64,000 nt of DNA from an uncultured Gammaproteobacteria bacterium (GTDB lineage Bacteria > Patescibacteriota > Microgenomatia > Levybacterales > UBA12049), in the NCBI GenBank assembly GCA_964474445.1, contig CAYYSJ010000001.1, positions 78,530-142,529 on the forward strand, in the 5' to 3' direction. Within the stretch, counting starts at the first letter, position 1; the number at the start of each line of letters is the position of its first letter. A model generated the notes under the pieces. It made no database searches. It saw only the letters and a program-made list of their open reading frames with translations, and was not told where the DNA came from. Shown in pieces: positions 55,978 to 64,000 of the stretch. The translations under genes and the position numbers were made by a program.

Positions 55978-58392
55978 TTAATGAAAAAATCGTGGAGGAG
56001 TAAAATGATGGCTCTTTTGTAGTGGATGAAGCGGTAACCCCTTTTTTGTAAATAGCACAAAGTCTTGATATTCATATACGAGAAGATAATGAGGGTCTTG
56101 ACTGAGTGTTTGAACAAATTCTTTTTGTGCTTCTAGGGAAGGTTGTGCAAATTGATCATTCAATAAAAATACAATAACATCTGCTTCATCCATACCAAGT
56201 GGGATTGTATATATCCGTTGTCTATGAGAAAGATGTGATCCAACATTATTTGTTGCTGCAACACTATATCGTCGAGGAATTGTTTGTAGAAAGTCATCAA
56301 CCTCTTGTCGATATAATAATTGGCGTGTGTACATTTCATGGTCCATCGTTTTGGCTCCTGGAAGAGGGCCATACCAATATGCAGCACTAATACTTGTTAT
56401 GAGGAGGAGAAGTCCGAGGGTAAAGTGGGAAAGCTTTGGGAATTTCTTCATGAGAAAAGCAGTACCATACAGTGCTGAAAGGAAGATAAATGGAATGGTA
56501 ATTGACGCATAGTGAAAGTAAATGTTATGGAGCTGATTATTTTGTGAAAGAAGGCTGACTGCTAAGTCTGGTCCTGCAAATAGTAAAAAGAGAGGTGAAA
56601 AAAGAGATAAAAATGCAAATGGAAAAAAGAGTTCAAACAGATACCACAGTCGTCCATGCTGGAAAACAAGAGAAAGAATTTTTATTGGCGATAGGAAAAT
56701 ATTTTTAATAATTCCTCCTGGTGTTGTTCCAAAATCAGAGTAATAAGAAAGGGCAAAATGCTTGCCACCGTGAGCAAGAGGAATAGCTTTAAAAAATAAA
56801 AAGTAAAAGAGGCTAAAAGAAAAAATACTGAGCAATGCACCCCACAATTTTTGTTTTTTAACAATAAATAAAAGACCAAACATCCCACTAATAAGCCATA
56901 CTTCTTCTTTTGTGGTTCCAGCAAGTAGTAAGAGGATGATTACAACAATAAAGCGCCTTTTCATCATGAAATACCATGCGGCAAGAAACAGTGGAACAGC
57001 TAGTGTTATTGCATGAAAATCAAATAAATTAGCATGGTCAATTGCTGGATTGATAAGGTAGGCAATGGCAAAAATAAGAGAAAGGCTTTTTTGTTTTAGA
57101 AGGGATAAGGCAATTAGATATACAAAAAGTGCACCACTTGCAAGTGCAAGTGTCTGAATAAGAAGGAGCATTCGCGGATCTTGCCAAATATAATAAAGGG
57201 GTGAAAGAAAAACCAACATGAAATCTGCGTGAAATGCCAAGCGGGAGATGATATTTGTCCCATCAGGATTGGTAAGTTGAAAAATTCTTCCATGAATAGT
57301 ATTCCAAATAGTTTGATCCATGTTTCCTAAATCAAACCTCCCTGTGTAAAAGTTGACATACCGCAAGAAGCTTGTGACTGAAAAATAGAATGCGTAGATT
57401 GTTATTGAAAGGAAAAGGAAAATCTCATAAACATATGTTTTTGAGAAAATGATGATCTTCTTTATCCATGGCTTTTGTGCCAATCGTAACCATATCGATG
57501 CTATAAGAAGAAAGCACAGCTCAGAAAAAATAAGCATAATTCTTGCGATAATAGCTCCCTGTGCTGCCTGAACAAGCGGAAGATATCGTGTCAGTCCTAT
57601 TGTCATCAAGCCCTCCCTGACACCAAGTCCCATTGGGGTAATAAATGAAAGATATCCAATAATATAGGTAAATACAAAAAATGCTGAAAGGGAAAGAATA
57701 TGCGGGAAATATAAAATTGAAAATGTGCTTACCGCATAATATGTTCCTATACCAAAGAAGAGAAATGAAATAGACATTAAGATAAATAACTGAAGCATTT
57801 TTTTAAGAGAAAATTGTAGAAATAATTTCCCTAGCAAAGGAATATGCCCAAAAGTATAGGGAGACAATAAAAACGCTGCTGTAGATAATAAGATTGTAAC
57901 AACACAAAGAGAAACAACAATACGCCCAAGAGGAAACGAGAAATGCAAAAGACCATAAAAAAGAAAGTTTGTTGAAAGAAGTGAAAAGGTTATACAGCTT
58001 ACGATAAGGAAAAGTATTTCAGATACTAATAAGTGTGCCATTGTTTTGGAAGATACCTGGTGCTTTTCATAGCTTTGAACTCGTCCAACAAATGACCAAA
58101 TATTACCAGGGATATACCGTTTTACTTCAGACATGCTCCACAAATAGATTGTCTCAGCAAATGGGACATCTATCCCCTTTTCTTTAGTAAGCTCTCTCCA
58201 AAAAAGAATTCTAAAAACAAAATAAAGAAAAAAAGAGAACACTGATAAAACAATGAAAGGATAATGTAGTTGCGTTATCTGAATGAGTGTCTCATGTTTT
58301 TGCAAAAGAATTTTTCCCACAAAAAAAAGTGCAAGAAGAGAAAGCGGCCAACCGATAATAAATTTTGCTAACGATATAAGACGAGACTTCAT
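55978..58392 (-). CDS. Fusion: LPG-synthase-TM/UPF0104 flippase-like domain + DUF2079 GT-C-like domain
   Basis: RYIPG..W, TP.GLGVRE; FDLGNMDQ..WN..G, H.D, LLLIQ, FDFH, KEE, HY. Confidence 0.8.
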   Translation of the reverse strand: MKSRLISLAKFIIGWPLSLLALFFVGKILLQKHETLIQITQLHYPFIVLSVFSFFLYFVFRILFWRELTKEKGIDVPFAETIYLWSMSEVKRYIPGNIWSFVGRVQSYEKHQVSSKTMAHLLVSEILFLIVSCITFSLLSTNFLFYGLLHFSFPLGRIVVSLCVVTILLSTAAFLLSPYTFGHIPLLGKLFLQFSLKKMLQLFILMSISFLFFGIGTYYAVSTFSILYFPHILSLSAFFVFTYIIGYLSFITPMGLGVREGLMTIGLTRYLPLVQAAQGAIIARIMLIFSELCFLLIASIWLRLAQKPWIKKIIIFSKTYVYEIFLFLSITIYAFYFSVTSFLRYVNFYTGRFDLGNMDQTIWNTIHGRIFQLTNPDGTNIISRLAFHADFMLVFLSPLYYIWQDPRMLLLIQTLALASGALFVYLIALSLLKQKSLSLIFAIAYLINPAIDHANLFDFHAITLAVPLFLAAWYFMMKRRFIVVIILLLLAGTTKEEVWLISGMFGLLFIVKKQKLWGALLSIFSFSLFYFLFFKAIPLAHGGKHFALSYYSDFGTTPGGIIKNIFLSPIKILSLVFQHGRLWYLFELFFPFAFLSLFSPLFLLFAGPDLAVSLLSQNNQLHNIYFHYASITIPFIFLSALYGTAFLMKKFPKLSHFTLGLLLLITSISAAYWYGPLPGAKTMDHEMYTRQLLYRQEVDDFLQTIPRRYSVAATNNVGSHLSHRQRIYTIPLGMDEADVIVFLLNDQFAQPSLEAQKEFVQTLSQDPHYLLVYEYQDFVLFTKKGLPLHPLQKSHHFTPPRFFH

Positions 58393-58491
58393 GGGCTTAC
58401 TATTGGTCTTACTGTTGCAGTGGTAGTGGAGATGGATAGATGCATACGATGAACCTATTATAACAAAAAGCGATGAAGCATCTCAAACAGA

Positions 58492-59682
58492 TTATTCATA
58501 TCGTAATGCTTCAATTGGTGACAGCTTAGATGCTTTAATAGCTGGTGCAACGCCAAAGACAACACCTACTGCGACAGAAAAAAAGAAAGCTAAAAAGACA
58601 GACCACGGAGTAACGGTTGAAACAAAAATTTGAGCAATAATCAAAGAAACACCAATCCCAAGGATAATGCCAATAATTCCTCCTGTTAGAGAAAGAATAA
58701 TAGCTTCCAAGAGGAATTGCGCAAGAATGTCCCTTCGTTTTGCTCCTAATGCTTTTCGAAGGCCTATTTCCTTTGTACGTTCAGTGACCGATACGAGCAT
58801 AATATTTGCAACACCGATCCCTCCTACAAGAAGTGAAATAGATGCAACTCCTCCAAGTGCAATGGACAGTACATTGGTAATATTGGTAATTGTTGACAAC
58901 GCACTTTCCTGAGACTGTACATTGAAGTCATCTTCAGTAAGCCTTTTCAGCAGTATTGCTTTTGTTTGTTGTTTGACAAAAGAAACTAGTTCTGGTCGTT
59001 TTGCAGATAAATAGATGACATTGACATTCGTAATGTTAAATTCTTTCTGTGCAACACTAACAGGAATCGTTACCGCATTATCTTGGTCAAGACCAAAAAC
59101 AGATCCTCTTTTTGCCAAGAGACCAATAACAAGGTATCGACTTGAGCCTATGGTAATTGTTTTACCAAGAGGATCTTCGTTGGGAAACAATTTTGAAACA
59201 ACAGTTGCTCCCAAAAGTGCAACTTTTGATCCGTTATTTTCCTGTGCTTGTGAAAAGGTAGCTCCTTTGGTGACTTTTACATTGATAATTTCATTATAGT
59301 TATAGCTTACTCCACCGACTACAACACCCTTATCTACTTTATTCTGGTATTTTACTGTCGTATTTTTTTGTACGAGCGGTGAAACGTTTGCAACATTTTT
59401 TAGTCGAAATGACAGTAGTTTTGAGTCTGAAAGCAACAACTTGTTTGCAACAATCCCTCCAGGTGTTCTTGCACCTCCTTCACGTCCAGGAATGACAAAA
59501 AGAAGATTAGAGCCAAGACTAGAGACTTGAGTTGTGATGTAGGATTGTAACCCTGAACCAAGAGAAACAAGAAGAATAATTGCAAAAACGCCAATAATAA
59601 TACCAAGTGTTGTGAGAATACTTCTTAGTTTATTAACAATAAGTGATTTCCAGGCAAGTTTTAATAATTCTTCAATATCCAT
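58492..59682 (-). CDS. MacB/FtsX-like ABC permease
   Basis: NKLRS.LT.LGIIIG, GGIGVANIMLVSVTERT.EIGLRKALGA, PA..AS.L.PIEALRYE. Confidence 0.94.
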   Translation of the reverse strand: MDIEELLKLAWKSLIVNKLRSILTTLGIIIGVFAIILLVSLGSGLQSYITTQVSSLGSNLLFVIPGREGGARTPGGIVANKLLLSDSKLLSFRLKNVANVSPLVQKNTTVKYQNKVDKGVVVGGVSYNYNEIINVKVTKGATFSQAQENNGSKVALLGATVVSKLFPNEDPLGKTITIGSSRYLVIGLLAKRGSVFGLDQDNAVTIPVSVAQKEFNITNVNVIYLSAKRPELVSFVKQQTKAILLKRLTEDDFNVQSQESALSTITNITNVLSIALGGVASISLLVGGIGVANIMLVSVTERTKEIGLRKALGAKRRDILAQFLLEAIILSLTGGIIGIILGIGVSLIIAQIFVSTVTPWSVFLAFFFSVAVGVVFGVAPAIKASKLSPIEALRYE

Positions 59683-59688
59683 AACACA

Positions 59689-60366
59689 TTACCGTACTAT
59701 TTTCCCGTCTTTGAAGTGAATAATTCTCTTTGCTTGTCTTGCAATATCTGGTTCATGAGTAATAAGGACAACAGTTTTCCCTTCTTTATTCAGTGATTTT
59801 AAAATATTCATCACATCATTACCTGATTTTGTATCCAAATTTCCTGTTGGTTCATCTGCTAAGATGATTGCAGGATTATTCATTAGTGCACGGGCAATTG
59901 CAACACGTTGTTGTTGTCCACCAGATAATTGATTAGGATGATTGTATAGTCTTTCAGCAAGGCCCACCTGTGTTAATAACATCTTTGCTCTTTCTTCGCG
60001 GGATTTTTTATCTAGTCCTGCATAGATTGCTGGAAGGATAACATTTTCAAGGGCTGATGAGCGATTGAGTAAGTTAAAAGATTGAAAAACAAACCCAATT
60101 TCTTTGTTCCTTATATAGGCTAATGTATCTTCTGAAAGCCCGGTTGTTCTTTTGCCACTCAACACATACGTTCCTGAGGTAGGTACGTCCAACAATCCCA
60201 AAATATTCATCATTGTGGATTTTCCCGAACCCGAAGGACCTGTTATCGCAATAAAGTCACCTTCATATACGGAAAGCGAGACCCCTTGTAACACGGTTGT
60301 AACAACATCAATGGTTCGATATTCTTTGGTAATATTTTTTAATTCTATAATAGGTTGTTTGTTCAT
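59689..60366 (-). CDS. ABC transporter ATP-binding protein (MacB/LolD type)
   Basis: [32 protein letters not shown]. Confidence 0.96.
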   Translation of the reverse strand: MNKQPIIELKNITKEYRTIDVVTTVLQGVSLSVYEGDFIAITGPSGSGKSTMMNILGLLDVPTSGTYVLSGKRTTGLSEDTLAYIRNKEIGFVFQSFNLLNRSSALENVILPAIYAGLDKKSREERAKMLLTQVGLAERLYNHPNQLSGGQQQRVAIARALMNNPAIILADEPTGNLDTKSGNDVMNILKSLNKEGKTVVLITHEPDIARQAKRIIHFKDGKIVR

Positions 60367-61424
60367 TTTCCAGAAGCTTGTTTTTCGGCTTGTGTTGGGT
60401 CTAGAGCAACTTCATCTCCGGCAGTAAGACCTGAGGATACCTCTGCATCTGTGTCGTTTTGTAATCCAAGTATCACTTTCTGTTTCCTAAATGTGTTCCC
60501 TACTTTTTTGTAGATATAGTCATTATTGACAACACTTGAAAGTGGTACGCTAACGACATTGGCCTTTTCGTTTAGAATAATTTCAGCGTTTGCATTCATA
60601 CCAACGCGGTATCGTTGCAGAGAATCTGTAGGTAAGGCTGTCTCAACAGTAAAAGCGGTTCCCCCATTCGTTGTTGTGTGGCTGACAAAATCGATATTCG
60701 TTACATTCTGCGTCAGTGATTGGTCTGGGTATGCATCGAAGAGTATTTTTACTTTTTGACCTTGTTGTACTTTCCCAATATCTGCTTGGTCTACATCCAT
60801 ATCAAAAACAACGGAAGCGGGGTCAACAACAGTATATGTGGTTGTCAGTGCGGCAACAACCCCTGGGGTATCGATATCAACTCTTGTCAGAATTCCATCG
60901 ATTGGAGAGATAAGAAATGCTTGTTCTTTTGCAAGATTCTGCACTTCTACAGCAATTTTTGCTTGGTCTAGCGTGTTTATTGCTGTCTGAAGCTGACGCC
61001 TTGCTGCTATACTGAGTCCTGTATCACTCAAATCTCTATTCCCGTTAAAGTCATTAACACTATCAAAGCTTATTTGCTGATTTTGCGCTGCTTTTACTGC
61101 AGTTTGTAAATTATCAACAATAGTACGTTGGTCGAGTGCCGCAATGGTTTGGTTTTTCTTTATAAAGTCTCCTTTTTTCGCACCAATATAGACAACTTTT
61201 CCTGTGACCGGAAAAGTAAGGTTTACCATGGATTTTCCCGTAACAGATCCACTCACTGAGAGAGATTGCGTAAGGTTTTGTCTGGTTATTTTTTGCGTTG
61301 CAATAGGTGGTTGAGGTTTAGGCCATACAATGTATCCAATAATAAGAAGGGCAATAACTGCTCCACTTATTCTTTTATGATTCCACGCCAATAAAAACAG
61401 TTTTTTTACTATTTTCATAACCAT
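60363..61424 (-). CDS. Membrane-fusion (MacA-like adaptor) protein
   Basis: N-terminal TM, KKGD.I, SPIDG, GM.A.A.I, VP...V, GL..GD.V. Confidence 0.88.
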   Translation of the reverse strand: MVMKIVKKLFLLAWNHKRISGAVIALLIIGYIVWPKPQPPIATQKITRQNLTQSLSVSGSVTGKSMVNLTFPVTGKVVYIGAKKGDFIKKNQTIAALDQRTIVDNLQTAVKAAQNQQISFDSVNDFNGNRDLSDTGLSIAARRQLQTAINTLDQAKIAVEVQNLAKEQAFLISPIDGILTRVDIDTPGVVAALTTTYTVVDPASVVFDMDVDQADIGKVQQGQKVKILFDAYPDQSLTQNVTNIDFVSHTTTNGGTAFTVETALPTDSLQRYRVGMNANAEIILNEKANVVSVPLSSVVNNDYIYKKVGNTFRKQKVILGLQNDTDAEVSSGLTAGDEVALDPTQAEKQASGK

Positions 61425-61525
61425 GATTTAGTATAAGCAATTTACTAAGTACTGTATAGTAGTTTTCTTTTCAAAAAGAAAAATTGATTGCTAAAGATGA
61501 ACTAGTTTGATACAATTTACCCGTT

Positions 61526-61599
61526 GCACCTGTAGCTCAGTGGATTAGAGCATTTCGCTTCGGACGAAAGGGTCGGGGGTTCGAGTCCCTCCAGGTGCG
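61526..61599 (+). tRNA. tRNA-Arg(TCG)
   Basis: GCACCTG/CAGGTGC-G, TTTCG-CTTCGGA-CGAAA, GGTTCGAGTCC. Confidence 0.95.
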
Positions 61600-61647
61600 C
61601 ATTTACAATTACTCTAGCCACACATTCTCATCCTCTTCCTTTTTCGC

Positions 61648-61696
61648 TTGACACATGTTTCATAAAGTGTTAGCATAGTTTTACTCCGAGTGCTAA
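61648..61696 (+). promoter_or_regulatory. Promoter with overlapping CIRCE (HrcA operator)
   Basis: TTGACA(61648)-N17-TAGCAT(61671); TTAGCAtag-N9-GAGTGCTAA (61670-61696). Confidence 0.8.
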
Positions 61697-61733
61697 TATC
61701 TCAACGGCAGTCTTGGTGTTAGGATAACAAGTA

Positions 61734-62696
61734 ATGGTTCAGTTTCAATCGCAGTCTCACAATGATAATCAGCTTCTTGATGCATATTCTCGAGCAGTAG
61801 TTAGTGTTATTCAAAAAGTTGGTCCTTCTGTTGTTCAAATTAAACATGTGCGTAAGGATAACCCTTTAGAACCCCAAGGACTGGGATCTGGAGTTATCAT
61901 TACTCCTGACGGATTTGTCCTCACAAACAATCATGTGGTTGAAGGAGCAACGGAATTTGAAATAACACTCACAACAGGGAAAACATATAAAGCAAATTTA
62001 GTTGGAAAAGATCCATCAACGGATCTTGCTGTTGTAAGACTTCCAGATAATGGACTTCCCTTTGCAGAGCTTGGGAATTCAGAGGATGTACAAGTTGGGC
62101 AACTCGTCATTGCAATAGGTAATCCTTTCGGCTTCCAAAGTACGGTTTCAACTGGTGTTGTTTCCGCTCTTGGACGAAGTATGAGAAGTACTGATGGAAG
62201 GATCATGGATAATATTATTCAGACTGACGTTTCTCTTAATCCAGGAAATTCTGGCGGTCCATTGGTCGATAGCCAAGGAAAAGTTATTGGCATTAATACT
62301 GCCATGGTTGCAATGGCACAGGGCATTGGTCTTGCAGTTCCAAGCAGTACTGCATCATGGGTTGTGAGTGAACTTATTTTAGTGGGTAAAGTCAGAAGAA
62401 CAATCCTTGGAATAACAGCAAAACCCGCATCGATTCCAGTACAAATCCAAAAAATTTTAAAACTTCCTCTCCCAACAGCAGTTGAAATTATGACTGTAAA
62501 AAAAGGTTCACTTGCTGATAAAGCAAAGCTTGAAATTGGTGATTTAATTATTACGATTAATGATAAACCTGTTTCAGATGTTGATGGGGTTAATAGAGAG
62601 ATAGGTCAAAAGATACAGACAACTCTTTCGCTAACAATTCTTCGTAACTATCATTTGAAAGATATATTCATAAAGACAAATAACTCAACTCGTTAA
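61734..62696 (+). CDS. htrA: HtrA/DegP-family trypsin-like serine protease with PDZ
   Basis: GSGVII, TNNHV, DLAV, IQTD..LNPGNSGGPL; no signal peptide or TM. Confidence 0.93.
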   Translation: MVQFQSQSHNDNQLLDAYSRAVVSVIQKVGPSVVQIKHVRKDNPLEPQGLGSGVIITPDGFVLTNNHVVEGATEFEITLTTGKTYKANLVGKDPSTDLAVVRLPDNGLPFAELGNSEDVQVGQLVIAIGNPFGFQSTVSTGVVSALGRSMRSTDGRIMDNIIQTDVSLNPGNSGGPLVDSQGKVIGINTAMVAMAQGIGLAVPSSTASWVVSELILVGKVRRTILGITAKPASIPVQIQKILKLPLPTAVEIMTVKKGSLADKAKLEIGDLIITINDKPVSDVDGVNREIGQKIQTTLSLTILRNYHLKDIFIKTNNSTR

Positions 62697-62703
62697 TATC
62701 ACC

Positions 62704-62958
62704 TCATTTTTTCTTTGATTTCCTTTTTTGAGTAGATTTCACATGTTCTTTTTTCTCTAGGAGTGCTTGCCACTCTGCCTTCGTAACATCAGGCCTTAGG
62801 GTTAAGTCGGGATTTAATCCACCAGGAATATCATCAGGATCGGGAATAATTTCATCCATCCCTACTGCGAGATTTTGTTCAATATCATCAGTAGCTTTCG
62901 GATCTATACTCATAATTTCTTTTTTGTTAATATGAGCAATTCCTTTTCGTTTTACCAT
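62704..62958 (-). CDS. Small hypothetical protein
   Basis: 84-aa ORF with acidic core and basic tail. Confidence 0.55.
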   Translation of the reverse strand: MVKRKGIAHINKKEIMSIDPKATDDIEQNLAVGMDEIIPDPDDIPGGLNPDLTLRPDVTKAEWQALLEKKEHVKSTQKRKSKKK

Positions 62959-63002
62959 AGGTAACGATTGTTATACTTACCGTTCTTTTTTTGTTTCTAT
63001 TT

Positions 63003-63563
63003 TTATTTTGTAGCTTTCCCGCCTTTCATACCGGCTGCAGCATAATTTGGAGTGTACACACTTTTCTTAGTATTTGCTGTTGTGGGCATATAGGGTAGGA
63101 GTACAAATTCGTCTGCATGATGCTTTTCCATAATATCTCGAGCTTTTTTTCCCGTTTGTCCATCCACTTGCACACCGAGTAATACTCCGCCTTCTTCGAC
63201 TTGTCTTGAATAACTTCGTGCTTGATTCTTAGAGAGCCCAGAATCAACAAGCGCTCCAAGCAATCCTCCTGCAACTGCTCCAAGAGTGAGCCCACTAAGG
63301 ATTGTTAACGGGCCGATGATTAAGATGCCAGTTCCTGGCAAAACAATTGGTGTAACTACAAGAAGAAGGCCGGCAAGCCCACCAAGCAAGCCACCTGTAA
63401 TAATCGTTTCTCTTTCCATTTCTTTTTGCCGGTATCTTTTCAGATTGTCTTCTCGTGCTGCGACAGAAATCTCATCGCTCACAAATCTAGCATTGCCCAA
63501 CTGAAACAGTGCAGCATCTGCATCTTCTTGTTTCTGGAAAATCCCAAGTAATACGTATTTCAT
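63003..63563 (-). CDS. General stress protein-like (YflT/glycine-zipper) membrane protein
   Basis: GIF....A..A...L, GGLLGGLAG, GP, GGLLGAL...G.....A..Y...V..G. Confidence 0.8.
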   Translation of the reverse strand: MKYVLLGIFQKQEDADAALFQLGNARFVSDEISVAAREDNLKRYRQKEMERETIITGGLLGGLAGLLLVVTPIVLPGTGILIIGPLTILSGLTLGAVAGGLLGALVDSGLSKNQARSYSRQVEEGGVLLGVQVDGQTGKKARDIMEKHHADEFVLLPYMPTTANTKKSVYTPNYAAAGMKGGKATK

Positions 63564-63684
63564 CTCTTTCGCCTTCCTTGTGATAATTGTATCCTCGTTC
63601 CTAAAATCCTCTTTACAAGTATGACAGGTGTAAGGGATACGTAAATATTAAAAAGGAATTTGAGGAGCATGATATACTTTTTAT

Positions 63685-64000
63685 ATGCAGGTTATAAAAC
63701 AAATCAAGAAGAGATATATTGGTCTATTTCTTTTTCTTTGTGTAATGTTACTCGTTGGTGTTTTTTATCACCACCAAATAGACTATGAATTCTCACAAGC
63801 CCTCCTTACCCAACAACATACCGTGGAATCAGCAGCAGCCTTTTCTCCTTTGCCTCAAATCCATCATGTATTTATTATTCTTGAAGAGAATAAAGATTGG
63901 CAAAGTATTTACCATAATCCCCAGGCACCATTTATCAATTCCTTTCTTTTAACACAAGGAGCATATGCTCAAAATTATCATAATGTCCCTCCGACACTTG
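63685..64000 (+). CDS. Phosphoesterase / acid phosphatase family protein, truncated by window end
   Basis: Hand-translated MQVIKQ..TM..PQIHHVFIILEENKDW...APFINS...AQNY; ATG 6 nt after TATACT. Confidence 0.75.
   Translation, partial: MQVIKQIKKRYIGLFLFLCVMLLVGVFYHHQIDYEFSQALLTQQHTVESAAAFSPLPQIHHVFIILEENKDWQSIYHNPQAPFINSFLLTQGAYAQNYHNVPPTL

Noticed and set aside
478-63504. Many 60-150 aa ORFs antisense to or nested in long genes (e.g. 19580-20011, 22588-23037, 34866-35276, 49212-49544)
   Set aside because: Shadow frames of well-supported genes; no motifs or independent initiation signals
1-64000. Alternative genetic code (TGA recoding as in Gracilibacteria/Absconditabacteria)
   Set aside because: Conserved genes are intact under code 11 and TGA serves as stop in ATGA overlaps (e.g. 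hemQ/hemE)

Overview
AT-rich, gene-dense chromosomal segment. It most resembles a Patescibacteria/CPR (Microgenomates-like) genome; this is inferred from short ORFans, VLG/VAG-motif exported proteins, a sortase and apparently leaderless genes. Housekeeping content: aminotransferase, obg, D,D-carboxypeptidase, rnhB, typA, dinB, htrA and six tRNAs (Leu-TAA, Pro-TGG, Gly-TCC, Arg-TCT, His-GTG, Arg-TCG). Accessory blocks: a CsoR-type copper operon, an XRE/COG4315/DipZ redox operon, two efflux modules, kup, a secreted clan-A glycoside hydrolase, and a partial coproporphyrin-dependent heme cluster (hemH, hemC, hemD, hemQ/chdC, hemE, FTR1), which is unexpected in CPR. The best novel candidate is at 17.4-22.3 kb. 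It is a cluster of secreted proteins sharing an unrecognised Asn/Thr/Gly repeat (a curlin-sized two-repeat subunit, a membrane-anchored four-repeat protein and a one-repeat protein with an LPxTG-like signal). It lies next to an uncalled 58-aa DUF2292/YezD-like gene and a leader RNA in which a small hairpin overlaps a terminator, suggesting an antitermination-controlled surface fibre or functional amyloid. Also seen: an uncalled 57-aa peptide with a perfect SD behind a 450-aa ORFan, a CIRCE on htrA, a LexA-like box on dinB and a palindrome at the kup start. No CRISPR, rRNA, integrase or transposase was seen. All family calls come from motif recognition, not database searches.
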